A stretch of DNA of 64,000 nt from a virus, in IMG/VR virus record IMGVR_UViG_3300036715_002359, positions 9,557-73,556 of that record, one strand, 5' to 3'. Every line of letters begins with the position of its first letter. The first letter of the stretch is position 1. A program made the position numbers and the translations under genes. The notes below the pieces were generated by a model. It did not search any database and was not told the origin of the DNA. It was given only the letters and a program-made list of their open reading frames with translations. Positions 27,775-36,932 of the stretch are shown here, one piece after another.

Positions 27775-28362
27775 ATGACTAACAAAACCAAACCTTTGCA
27801 AAGCATTCGTGCTCGTATCTTTCTCGTACTTTCCTCTCAGCCATTGAAAGAATGGGGAATTTCCGAAATTAAAACGGTGCTGGCCGCAGAAGGTTATAAC
27901 CCATCTTCTGTAAAACCAGCAATCATGAAGATGTACAACGAAAACCTCGTCACTATCGCTTCTGGCGGTGGCCGTGGTAATCCGTACTTGTTCAAACCAG
28001 TACATGGTGCCCCGGTTCCTATCGATGACAAAGGTTACAAACCACGTGCTAATCGCAAGACCAAGCACATCACCAAGGTCAGCAAAATGGCTCGTAAGGT
28101 TAAGGCTGAAGTTGCCAAAACCAACAAAACAATCCGTGAAGGCAAGGCACCAGTGCTGACACCTATTATAAAGTCTGTACCAATTGATAAAAAAGTGCAT
28201 TCTCAAATAATTGGTATCTTGGCTGATGGTGTGGTTTCGGTGAAGGACATTAACCCTAACGTCCCGTACCTGTTGTACCATGGCAAAATAATGCCGTTGG
28301 CCGAAGTCAAAGAAATCCTCAAACAATGGGAAGTTCTGACCGAGGCATTGAAAGGCTTGTAA
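27775..28362 (+). CDS. Putative winged-helix DNA-binding protein with lysine-rich linker
   Basis: IFLVLS...GISEIKTVL...SSVKPAIMKMYNENLV...GRGNPYLF wHTH-like pattern; GGAG RBS. Confidence 0.6.
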   Translation: MTNKTKPLQSIRARIFLVLSSQPLKEWGISEIKTVLAAEGYNPSSVKPAIMKMYNENLVTIASGGGRGNPYLFKPVHGAPVPIDDKGYKPRANRKTKHITKVSKMARKVKAEVAKTNKTIREGKAPVLTPIIKSVPIDKKVHSQIIGILADGVVSVKDINPNVPYLLYHGKIMPLAEVKEILKQWEVLTEALKGL

Positions 28363-28377
28363 CTTAACGAGGTAATC

Positions 28378-28566
28378 ATGGCCAAAAAAGACATTCGGTA
28401 TCAACTTGGTGAAGTATGTAAGTGGTCAAGAGACCACCAGGTAGTGTTCCGCTATGTGGACATTTATCAGTCTAACCAAACAACTTCTAGTTTGAGTCAT
28501 CAGACTATTTCCCTTCCAGAAGAAGAGGCTCGTAAGTTAGTTAATTACATGGCCAATTCTCGTTGA
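28378..28566 (+). CDS. Hypothetical protein
   Basis: 62 aa, GAGGT RBS, followed by a terminator. Confidence 0.65.
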   Translation: MAKKDIRYQLGEVCKWSRDHQVVFRYVDIYQSNQTTSSLSHQTISLPEEEARKLVNYMANSR

Positions 28567-28569
28567 ATT

Positions 28570-28598
28570 AAAACGGCGCTCTTATAGGCCGTTTTTTT
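28570..28598 (+). terminator. Intrinsic terminator
   Basis: AAAACGGC...GCCGTTTTTTT. Confidence 0.8.
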
Positions 28599-28620
28599 AG
28601 TTTCATTAAATCGTTTGTAT

Positions 28621-28630
28621 TTGGTAAAAG
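28621..28630 (+). promoter_or_regulatory. Putative early promoter (TTGGTAAAAG variant)
   Basis: One mismatch; lies just after a terminator and before an AGGA-led ORF. Confidence 0.55.
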
Positions 28631-28660
28631 ATTGATAGATACAACCTATTTAGGAAAAAC

Positions 28661-28927
28661 ATGGAAGATGAAATCACAGAAATAACCGAAGAGTCTTCGG
28701 TGTTTATGAAACTTATGCCAGTCATTGATATATCTTTTTTAGATACTAATGTCGTGGGTAACGCTTTATTTTACTCAGGATATGATGAAGACGATGATTT
28801 ATTATCCGATCAGTACTTTGAATGGCACATGGGTTGGAATGGAAATGAATTCGCAAAAGCATTGAACATAGCTTTATTGGCTAAACAGGTTCCAGAAAAT
28901 TCTGTTATCCTGCTGAAAATGTATTAA
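28661..28927 (+). CDS. Acidic hypothetical protein
   Basis: 88 aa, AGGA RBS. Confidence 0.65.
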   Translation: MEDEITEITEESSVFMKLMPVIDISFLDTNVVGNALFYSGYDEDDDLLSDQYFEWHMGWNGNEFAKALNIALLAKQVPENSVILLKMY

Positions 28928-28943
28928 TTATTAAGGAATATTT

Positions 28944-30332
28944 ATGGGCGGAAAAGCTCTGTTAGAAAAACATCCGGGCATTAAACGCTTGACCCGTGAT
29001 GAATTTGCTATGATATCAAACGAACTTGTTCAGAAGTTTCGTGGGTTATTCAGAAATTACAATACTGAAATTCGAGTCCTTCCCACTTATTCAGATAAGA
29101 CGAGTTTTGGAGATGTAGACTTTATTGTAGATGCTAGTAGACTACCTCAAGGTATAGATGGTGATAATTGGAAACAGATGATTATCCAGCATTTCAAACC
29201 TAAAGCTGTTGTAGAAAATGGAAATATATTCTCGTTTGAATATAAAAATCATCAGATAGATATTATCTCCGTGATTTCTAATAACTACGCATTTTCATTT
29301 CAGTATTATTCATATAATGGAATGGGTAGTTTGATGGGTAATGTGGCTAAGGCCATGGGGTTGAAACTAACTGAAACTGGATTGTATCTTCCAGTTTACC
29401 AAGGTCAACAAAAAATTGAAGATATCCTAATCACTAATGATTGGGGTCAAATGTCCAGCGTTTTAGGTTACGGTAGTAACCGATATGGGTACTCTTTTGA
29501 TCGTCTTTCTTCAATCCTTTCTTATTTATCTTCGTGTGTCTACTTCTCTCAGGAGTTATACAACGTAGAAACTATGAATGCTGATGAAAGAGGGTCTTAC
29601 GGTAATCTACCTATATACAAAGATTTTGTAGAGTACATAACGGCACACAAAGCTACTTTGAAAAACTATAATTTTGAGTCCAGTCCTAAGCCTTGGATGT
29701 CTTTGATTAAAACAAGTTTTCCACAAGTGGTTGATCGTAGTAAAGAACTGATGGAAATTCTAGCTAAAGAAAGAATTTTTAAGCAGAAATTCAACGGTGA
29801 AGTTATTATGGCTGCTACCGGTATTACAGAAGGTAAAGGTCTTGGTAAATTCATCGAAGCTTTTAAGAAATCCTTTCCCGGACCTTTAGAGTTTGATATT
29901 TTTATTATGAGCTCTTTGCCTTCCACAATTGAAGAAAAACTGAAGGCTTTTCAGGAAGAATATGTTAAGACTTTGAAAGTGGAAACCAGTATTGGTAAAT
30001 TAACTGCTGTTAAAGATTTATCTAAAGAACCGAGATTAGATAAAAACCCTAATTTTAGAATTGATTCCAATCCCGTATCTGAAAGTGATCATATTCGAGA
30101 AATACTCCTTGAACAAATAACTCTAGAGTACGAAGATGAACGAGCATCTACTTTACAAGCTCGGCAGTTAGTTGAAGTAGTTACAGAACTACCATCCTCT
30201 CCTCCTCCACCTTTGGCTGCTATTCCACGAGCCCCTAGACCTCCACGGCCTATGGTAGCTTTAGAAGCTATTGATGTTCCTAGCCAAGAAGAAGCTGAAG
30301 AAATAGTTCGAGAACTACAGTCTCGATCGTAG
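28944..30332 (+). CDS. Pol beta/PolX-superfamily nucleotidyltransferase
   Basis: KTSFGDVDFIV (DxD), QIDII third Asp, AKAMGLKLTETGLY PolX-thumb-like segment; proline-rich disordered tail. Confidence 0.75.
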   Translation: MGGKALLEKHPGIKRLTRDEFAMISNELVQKFRGLFRNYNTEIRVLPTYSDKTSFGDVDFIVDASRLPQGIDGDNWKQMIIQHFKPKAVVENGNIFSFEYKNHQIDIISVISNNYAFSFQYYSYNGMGSLMGNVAKAMGLKLTETGLYLPVYQGQQKIEDILITNDWGQMSSVLGYGSNRYGYSFDRLSSILSYLSSCVYFSQELYNVETMNADERGSYGNLPIYKDFVEYITAHKATLKNYNFESSPKPWMSLIKTSFPQVVDRSKELMEILAKERIFKQKFNGEVIMAATGITEGKGLGKFIEAFKKSFPGPLEFDIFIMSSLPSTIEEKLKAFQEEYVKTLKVETSIGKLTAVKDLSKEPRLDKNPNFRIDSNPVSESDHIREILLEQITLEYEDERASTLQARQLVEVVTELPSSPPPPLAAIPRAPRPPRPMVALEAIDVPSQEEAEEIVRELQSRS

Positions 30333-30338
30333 TATAAT

Positions 30339-30365
30339 AGACGGTGCTGTATGGCCGTCTTTTTT
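30339..30365 (+). terminator. Intrinsic terminator
   Basis: AGACGG...CCGTCT plus T-tract. Confidence 0.75.
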
Positions 30366-30380
30366 AGCCTTAACAAGTCT

Positions 30381-30387
30381 TAAAATA
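30381..30387 (+). promoter_or_regulatory. Putative late promoter motif TAAAATA on the plus strand
   Basis: 8 nt before the ATG of the phosphoesterase gene, just after a terminator. Confidence 0.5.
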
Positions 30388-30395
30388 GAAATACC

Positions 30396-31097
30396 ATGTT
30401 CAAAGATAATACTCCAATTTTACTCACTCGACAACTACACTTAGCTGATAGAGCAGGTAGACACTATGACATTCGTTTAGTGTTGGGAGACAAAGCTTAT
30501 TCCTGGGCTACTCGTAAGGATATGCCAGCAGTGGGAGAAGCTATAGCTTTGTACGAACAGCCAGTTCACACTGCAGAATATGCCATGCGTAGACGTATAG
30601 TTATCCCTAGAGGAAACTATGGTAGTGGAATAACCACTTTAGATTTTGTTAGAAAAGCATTAGCCACTAACAGTGATGGTGGTAAAGATAAGTTTGTACT
30701 TACGGTTCCAGAATCTGGTGAACGTTATTTGTTTAAGAAATTTGGTGGACAGAACGGGAATACTTGGATGTTAAAGAACCTAGGTGAAAGAAAAATAGAA
30801 GAGACTCCAGTGACTAATAAATACTTAGAAAAAATAGCGTCATTTAGACCAAAAAAGAATAATGAACCTAACGGTAAATTTGAAGACCGAGCAGGGTTTA
30901 AGAGTCGCTTTGCTGAAATGTTTGATGCTTCAGTTAAAAGTCGTAAGATGAACAAAGATAAAGTAAAGAATTATAAGTGGGGTAAAGCTGTCGGGATTGC
31001 CAACAAGGATGGACATTTGGTGAAATTAATGGTACCATCTAAGACTGAGCCTGGTAAACATTTCACTCTTAAACATCCTGATTATAAAGGTAAATAA
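30396..31097 (+). CDS. LigD-type 3'-phosphoesterase domain protein fused to a VTNKYLEKIA-tagged basic tail
   Basis: QLHLADRAGRHYDIRL, YSWA, VHTAEYA, IPRGNYGSG match the LigD PE motifs (HxxxxxHYDxR, H..Y, IPxGxYGxG). Confidence 0.85.
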   Translation: MFKDNTPILLTRQLHLADRAGRHYDIRLVLGDKAYSWATRKDMPAVGEAIALYEQPVHTAEYAMRRRIVIPRGNYGSGITTLDFVRKALATNSDGGKDKFVLTVPESGERYLFKKFGGQNGNTWMLKNLGERKIEETPVTNKYLEKIASFRPKKNNEPNGKFEDRAGFKSRFAEMFDASVKSRKMNKDKVKNYKWGKAVGIANKDGHLVKLMVPSKTEPGKHFTLKHPDYKGK

Positions 31098-31136
31098 TAA
31101 ATAGGTATCTTGAGAAAATAGAAAGCAAGTAAGTGC

Positions 31137-31331
31137 TTGACTCCTAATGCCATTTATCAATTATCTGTTAACCCTATCGAAAATAGTATTGGAGTTAAAG
31201 TTTTGCTTCCAAAACATATAATCATCCCTTCTGAGCATAATTCTAAATTAAAAATGGAAATGCATGATTCGCTAGAATCGATATTAGCCAAGTATTTTAT
31301 AAAAACAAAATTAAATGTACCCACGTCATAA
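31137..31331 (+). CDS. Possible small hypothetical protein
   Basis: 64-aa TTG-start ORF filling the gap between the PE and ligase genes. Confidence 0.4.
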   Translation: MTPNAIYQLSVNPIENSIGVKVLLPKHIIIPSEHNSKLKMEMHDSLESILAKYFIKTKLNVPTS

Positions 31332-32202
31332 ATATGTAGAACCTAATAAATTAGCTTGGCAGGATGTTAAAAATCCTCATGCTACACTTAAGTATGATGG
31401 CGGGCACTACTATTTATGTGTAACTTCAGATGGAACTCTCAAATACTACTCACGTCGAGAATCTGTAAAAGGGGGATATCCAGAACGCTCTGAGAAAATT
31501 CCACATCTCGCAGATAAAAAAATGCCTGAATACGCAGGGCAAACCTTTGCTGTGGAATTGATCCATAGTGGCTTTAAAAAAGGTGCTAAAGAATCTCACT
31601 CTGCTGCTGGAGGTATTATTAACTCATTAGCTCCTAGGGCTATTCAAACTCAAAAAGACACTGGACCAATCCGTGCTGTACTTTTGGATGTTATTAACCC
31701 CCCTTTAAAAACGTATGGTGCCAAGGTTGCACATATGGAGAAATTCGAAAAAGACTTCGGTAAGTCCGATGTTCTATGGGTTCCTCCAGCAGCTAGAACT
31801 AAGGAAGAAATCGTTAAACTTATTAATACAAGTAAATTAGAAAATCGTGAAGGAGTTGTAATCACAAGTGCTACAGATCCTGAAGAGAATAATCCTCGTA
31901 TTAAAATTAAGCACTACGATACGTATAATCTTCGTCCAGTAAAAATGTACGAAGAAGTTGATATTCGTGGCAAACCTAAAGGTGCAATGGGAGCCGTGGA
32001 TATGGTTGACGGTTCTGGTCGTGTTGTAGCTACAGTTGGTAGTGGTTGGAATAGAGAACAACGAAATGCTGCTTGGAAGAATTTTTCTGAGTGGAGTAAA
32101 GATCTGCAACAAGTTAAGACTATGGGCTGGGGCTCTGTTGATGGTAAGTTACGTCAACCGGTGTATAACGGTCCTGCTGATGGTGAGTTAGATACAATTT
32201 AG
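31315..32202 (+). CDS. Minimal ATP-dependent DNA ligase
   Basis: KYDG adenylation motif, YSR, AVEL, LLDV, EGVVI, KIK, then OB-domain VGSGW and LRQPVY. Confidence 0.9.
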   Translation: MYPRHKYVEPNKLAWQDVKNPHATLKYDGGHYYLCVTSDGTLKYYSRRESVKGGYPERSEKIPHLADKKMPEYAGQTFAVELIHSGFKKGAKESHSAAGGIINSLAPRAIQTQKDTGPIRAVLLDVINPPLKTYGAKVAHMEKFEKDFGKSDVLWVPPAARTKEEIVKLINTSKLENREGVVITSATDPEENNPRIKIKHYDTYNLRPVKMYEEVDIRGKPKGAMGAVDMVDGSGRVVATVGSGWNREQRNAAWKNFSEWSKDLQQVKTMGWGSVDGKLRQPVYNGPADGELDTI

Positions 32203-32212
32203 AGTTAAAAAT

Positions 32213-32222
32213 TTGGTATAAG
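32213..32222 (+). promoter_or_regulatory. Putative early promoter TTGGTATAAG
   Basis: Exact motif. Confidence 0.75.
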
Positions 32223-32289
32223 TAAGATGTGAGGATAATAAAACAAACCCACAAATCCAACTCAATAATTCCACCACAGGAGTTTACAC

Positions 32290-32688
32290 ATGGAACTTAC
32301 AGCATCCAATGTTCATACCGTTTTAGTCGATTGCTTGCGTCCAGGATTGACCAATGAAACAACTACCGTCGAAGGCATTATTAACAGCTTTCGATTTTCA
32401 GTTGACAAATTGAAGTACTATTCCAAAAGCATTAACAAAATGCTCGATCAACTCCCGTTTGAATTCCGTGAAGACAAAGGCGGTGGATGGTCATTTCTGC
32501 AAGCTGGCATTACAAACAAAGGTATTCAATGGGGAGACCAACGTGAGATGGAAATTCTCTTCGCTCTCGGCCTTGCCATTGGATCAGTCATCACTACTGT
32601 TCCAAGAAAAGAATGGAAAACCCTTCCTGGCGGCATGCCTTATTATGCTGTTCTGAATGAAGAACACCGTCATCCAATTCCCGATTAA
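32290..32688 (+). CDS. Conserved-looking hypothetical protein (GGGWSFL...WG...LPGGMPY)
   Basis: 132 aa, AGGAG RBS. Confidence 0.75.
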   Translation: MELTASNVHTVLVDCLRPGLTNETTTVEGIINSFRFSVDKLKYYSKSINKMLDQLPFEFREDKGGGWSFLQAGITNKGIQWGDQREMEILFALGLAIGSVITTVPRKEWKTLPGGMPYYAVLNEEHRHPIPD

Positions 32689-32701
32689 CGAGGAGAACAA
32701 T

Positions 32702-33085
32702 ATGTACGCTTATCCAATACTCAACATCGTATTTACCTGGTTGCTTGCCGGGTATTTACAATATCTGTTTACTGTTAACAAAACAAATGATTTCAACCGA
32801 AAAGTACTTCAAGTTTTGGAGATAGGTGCAAATATGTATCTATTGACTTTACTTGACATGCGTACTCGTAAACTTCATATTTACGGCAAAATAACAGTTG
32901 TTCTAGTAGTATTGCAATACGCTGGTATAGCGTATTGGCAAACAACAGAAGTTTACAAATACTTAAATTCCTGGTGGTGTGTGTTTGCGTACGTCCTCGG
33001 CTGTATAGTATTGTTCAGTGCGGCTAAACATTTATACACCAATACGTACTTATCGATACGGGATGACAAACCAATTCCAATGTAA
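32702..33085 (+). CDS. Multi-pass membrane protein
   Basis: GAGGAG RBS before ATG 32702; 3-4 hydrophobic segments. Confidence 0.7.
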   Translation: MYAYPILNIVFTWLLAGYLQYLFTVNKTNDFNRKVLQVLEIGANMYLLTLLDMRTRKLHIYGKITVVLVVLQYAGIAYWQTTEVYKYLNSWWCVFAYVLGCIVLFSAAKHLYTNTYLSIRDDKPIPM

Positions 33086-33086
33086 C

Positions 33087-33121
33087 AAAAAGCCCCGGTT
33101 TTACTCGGGGCTTTCTTTTTT
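33087..33121. terminator. Bidirectional intrinsic terminator
   Basis: AAAAGCCCCG...CGGGGCTTTCTTTTT. Confidence 0.8.
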
Positions 33122-33128
33122 AGCTTAA

Positions 33129-33650
33129 CTAAAAATTAGTTAAATACAACGAAACTAAGAGAAGAGTGGTCAAACCACCGTTAACAGATTCTAACGAAAC
33201 TAGCACAGTGCTTGAAGCAGTTACTAAATTATTAGTAACAACAACAGACGATGCACCAACAGCAATAGCTACACGGCCACGAACGGCATGGATAGTTGCA
33301 GCACCAGGGGTACCACTTGTATCAACTACGCCGTTACTATTTTTTGCCAATTAGCCATGATTAGTTCCCCGATGAGCGCCTAGCGGAAGACCTTTTGGAG
33401 CTGTGTAATCAGCAGATGAACTATACAGAGTTACAAATGGAGCATCAGGCGTAGCTTGAGCTTGGATCGAAAACGCTGTCAGAGCAGCTGAAGTACCACT
33501 GGAAACAACTTGAACGAAAGTTTTAAGTGTACCTGCAGTTTTAAATTGGATGACTACTGTTGGTGTTGATCCAACTAAAGTAGTAGCGTCCCCGCTTTGT
33601 TATTTAAACGCACCTGGTACTACCGAGGTGACTGTTGCTGGATTTGCCAT
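33129..33650 (-). pseudogene. Fragmented virion accessory gene(s)
   Basis: AAGGA-led ATG at 33650 reads MANPATVTSVVPGAFK* and then continues in another frame (DATTLVGSTPTVVIQFK...). A following fragment reads DTSGTPGAATIHAVRGRVAIAVGASSVVVTNNLVTASS. Confidence 0.55.
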
Positions 33651-33737
33651 TATTTATTTCCTTTTAAAAGTATTTAATTACAAACTTCACGGGTGTAGTA
33701 TTACCCGTGAATGATATCAGTTAATATTTCAACTTAC

Positions 33738-36700
33738 TTAAAAACCCTTAATCAAGGTGTACCCTGCTGTAACACCGGTACCAGCAGTAGATACACGGCC
33801 TCTTAGAAACTGAGTGTTAACATTGGTTACTTGTAACTGGACAGTACTTGACGCTACTGCTGTTAAAGGTGAACCGATGCTATACCAAGTAGTACCAAAA
33901 TCGTCCGAACCTTCTAATTGAATAGCATTAGCAGTAGTAGAAATAGCTCCACTATTAACAATTACTTGAACGTTACGGCAAGACTGAACAGTCAAACTAG
34001 GAGTTACTGAGTTCAAAGTATTAGGTAAAATTGTACGATCGATAATTTGACGAGTAGCAATTACACTATCACTACTTTGTAATCTATTAATAGCACGAGT
34101 AAATGACGGAGTTGTACCAGATACAGTTTGTACATAACGAATACGATTACCAGTCAATGGAAGCTTGGGACTACGATACATACCAGTAGCAATGATACGG
34201 GGAAAATCATACACCCGGAACCAGTTAGTACCAGTATCATCAGATTCTTCAATACCAACGTCTAAAGTAGGAGTTGTACCAGAAACAACAGTTACTGGAA
34301 TATTAACTTCATAACTTGTCCCAAAAGTAGGGGCAGGCGCAGCAGTAGTTGTAGTTGTTGTTAACGCAGCAGAAGCTATATCAGCTATAGTACCTGGAAT
34401 ACCTAAGTTACCAGAAGTAACTGCACCTACAGTTGTAACAGTACCAGAACCTATAACTACTGTACCAATACTATTAGCTCCGGTAGGGAGTGCAGCTGCA
34501 ACTGTAACAGGTAAAGAAGCTTGAGCTGTTTGAGACTTAACAGAAGTAACAGCAACTGTCTGTGGAGAATAATTATCTACAGCCACAAAACCTACTGTCC
34601 AAGTTGTAGTAGAGGCAGGAGCTGTAGAACCATTTAACGAACGAATTTGTAAGAATAGTGGGTAAGTAGAATCAGCAACGTTAGATACACGAGAAGCTCT
34701 TACCACAGCTTGTTGAGTTGTAGAAGAAGCAATCAATTGATCTAATAGGGAAACAGTATCATCTTCAACTGATAGTAATCCCATATGGCCGGGTGATGCT
34801 GTAGTGTTGATAGTGGCAGCAGTAAAACCAGAGTTCCAACCACGACGTTGACAATCAAAGTTTAAGTTGGTAGCAGTAGCTCCTGTGTATTGAATTTGAT
34901 GATAATTCCAACCAAATAAAGACACGGTTCCGGTACCTGAAGCTGGCCAACCAGCAACAGTAAATGTAATGTTATTTCCAGATACTGATGCGATGGTGTA
35001 ACGACCAGGTATAGCACCTGCAACACTGGTAATACCACCAACATATATAGACTGACCAACGTTCGCCGCTGTGAAAGAGCTACTTGGAACTGTAACTGTA
35101 ATGGAAGTAGCAGAATTAACTGTTAAAGTTAAAGCATCTCCGATGACGTCAACCATCTCAATAAATAAGTTGGCATTAACAATACGTTGAGAAGCAATGA
35201 CTTGCCATTTAACAAGCATAGAATCTTTAAAACTAACTAATGATCTAACAATTGTTTCTGAGTTGGTAGTAGTACCAGTAGTCATTACTAAGTTACCACC
35301 AGTTTGTAAGATAGTTTGACCAGATCCAGTAAACATGGTATTAAAAAATGTGGAATCAGCAGCAGCAGCTACAGCAGCAGCAAAAGTTACTCTCCATTTT
35401 TGTGCTGGTAATGTACGAACAGGTATGAAAGTATCAGTACCTAAAGGAACTGCAGTATTACCATTACTAGGAGTTATCTTAGTTAAAAAAGAAAACCAGT
35501 TGGTTAGACCACGTTTAATAGCAGAAATTATAGAATAGTTACCAGTACCATCAGCACCAGCAATAGTGTCTGTTATGGCTCCTTGGCTTGTATCCATATT
35601 ACCTAGACTAGCATTAGTCACCGCAACAGTACCACTAATTGGAACTGTAGAGGCTCTCAATTGAGTATCAGTTAAAGGCTGTGATAAACCAGTATTGGCA
35701 GTAACTGTTCCAGAAATAGGAACAACAGCTGCACGTAATTGAGTATCAGTTAAAGGTTGAGTTAAACCTGTATCTGCTGTGACTGTTCCAGAGATAGGAA
35801 CTGGTGACGCACGAAGTTGAGCATCAGACAAATCACCCGTAGTAACACTACCACTAATAGGAATAGTTGAAGCTCTTAATTGAGCATCAGTTAATCCACC
35901 AGTAGTTACGCTACCACTAATAGGTACGGGAGTTGCACGTAATTGGGTATCAGTTAATCCATTAGTAGAAACCGTTCCACTAATAGGAATAGGGGTAGCA
36001 CGCATTTGTGCATCAGTAGCTGGTTGAGTTAAACCTGTATTAGCAGTAACTGTCCCAGAAACAGGTACAGGAGTTGCTCTTAGTTGAGTATCAGTTAATG
36101 GTTGAGATAAACCAGTACTTATAGTACCACTAACTGGTAACGGAGTAGCACGAATCTGAGTATCAGTAATTCCACCGGTGGATACTGTACCACTAATAGG
36201 AATTGGGGTAGCACGCATTTGTGCGTCTGTAGCGGCTTGAGCTAATCCAGTATTAGCAGTAACAGTTCCTGAAATAGGTACAGGAGTTGCACGTAACTGA
36301 GTATCTGTTAGCCCACCAGTAACAACAGTACCACTAATAGGTAATGCAGATGCACGTAATTGAGTATCAGTTAAAGGTTGTGACAGACCGGTGTTAGCAG
36401 TAACTGTTCCAGAGATAGGAACTGGTGATGCACGAAGTTGAGCATCTGTTAAATTAGTAGAACCTAAAAGTTCTAGATTATTAAAAGAAGGAGCAGTTCC
36501 AAAGTCAGCACCAGTAGTAGTATTGTGCCAAATATATACTAAAGTGGTAGGAGAATCAGTAACGTCTAGTACTTGAGTATAACTGATAATATCATTGACA
36601 CTAGCCCCTGAAAACGCAGTTTTACAACGATACATAGTCGTGATTAATTCACGATCATATAAAGCTCCGCCACCGCCGCTTCCACCTCCGCCAGTTATCG

Positions 36701-36887
36701 TAGGGAGAGTAGAATCTACCCAACCACTGACAGTTAATTTACCAGCAGACACTGCCGGTTCAAAAGCATCGTAGTATAAATCTTTATTAGAGATAGTAAC
36801 TGAATCTCCTGGGTTTAAATCCCAGGCTTTTCCCTGACGGTCTATAACCGTTACTATGTTGCTATCTATGTTTGTAATTAACGCCAT
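33738..36887 (-). CDS. Tail fibre/spike-like protein with internal repeats
   Basis: 1049 aa, T/S/G/V-rich; about 13 repeats of LTDTQLRATPVPISGTV; beta-rich C-terminal domains. Confidence 0.75.
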   Translation of the reverse strand: MALITNIDSNIVTVIDRQGKAWDLNPGDSVTISNKDLYYDAFEPAVSAGKLTVSGWVDSTLPTITGGGGSGGGGALYDRELITTMYRCKTAFSGASVNDIISYTQVLDVTDSPTTLVYIWHNTTTGADFGTAPSFNNLELLGSTNLTDAQLRASPVPISGTVTANTGLSQPLTDTQLRASALPISGTVVTGGLTDTQLRATPVPISGTVTANTGLAQAATDAQMRATPIPISGTVSTGGITDTQIRATPLPVSGTISTGLSQPLTDTQLRATPVPVSGTVTANTGLTQPATDAQMRATPIPISGTVSTNGLTDTQLRATPVPISGSVTTGGLTDAQLRASTIPISGSVTTGDLSDAQLRASPVPISGTVTADTGLTQPLTDTQLRAAVVPISGTVTANTGLSQPLTDTQLRASTVPISGTVAVTNASLGNMDTSQGAITDTIAGADGTGNYSIISAIKRGLTNWFSFLTKITPSNGNTAVPLGTDTFIPVRTLPAQKWRVTFAAAVAAAADSTFFNTMFTGSGQTILQTGGNLVMTTGTTTNSETIVRSLVSFKDSMLVKWQVIASQRIVNANLFIEMVDVIGDALTLTVNSATSITVTVPSSSFTAANVGQSIYVGGITSVAGAIPGRYTIASVSGNNITFTVAGWPASGTGTVSLFGWNYHQIQYTGATATNLNFDCQRRGWNSGFTAATINTTASPGHMGLLSVEDDTVSLLDQLIASSTTQQAVVRASRVSNVADSTYPLFLQIRSLNGSTAPASTTTWTVGFVAVDNYSPQTVAVTSVKSQTAQASLPVTVAAALPTGANSIGTVVIGSGTVTTVGAVTSGNLGIPGTIADIASAALTTTTTTAAPAPTFGTSYEVNIPVTVVSGTTPTLDVGIEESDDTGTNWFRVYDFPRIIATGMYRSPKLPLTGNRIRYVQTVSGTTPSFTRAINRLQSSDSVIATRQIIDRTILPNTLNSVTPSLTVQSCRNVQVIVNSGAISTTANAIQLEGSDDFGTTWYSIGSPLTAVASSTVQLQVTNVNTQFLRGRVSTAGTGVTAGYTLIKGF
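35630..36455. repeat. Degenerate coding tandem repeats (LTDxQLRAxPVPISGTV, 21-26 aa units)
   Basis: Visible in both the translation and the DNA. Confidence 0.85.
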
Positions 36888-36932
36888 CTTTATCCTTGAG
36901 TAAAAAGTGTTAATTAATAATTGACACTATAA

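Noticed and set aside
27739-28404. 221-aa minus-strand ORF
   Set aside because: Antisense shadow of the RBS-led, codon-biased plus-strand gene 27775..28362; no RBS or motifs.
35630-36455. Repeats as a CRISPR array or DGR template/variable pair
   Set aside because: Degenerate at synonymous positions and in frame with a fibre protein; no adenine-specific variation and no reverse transcriptase in the window.
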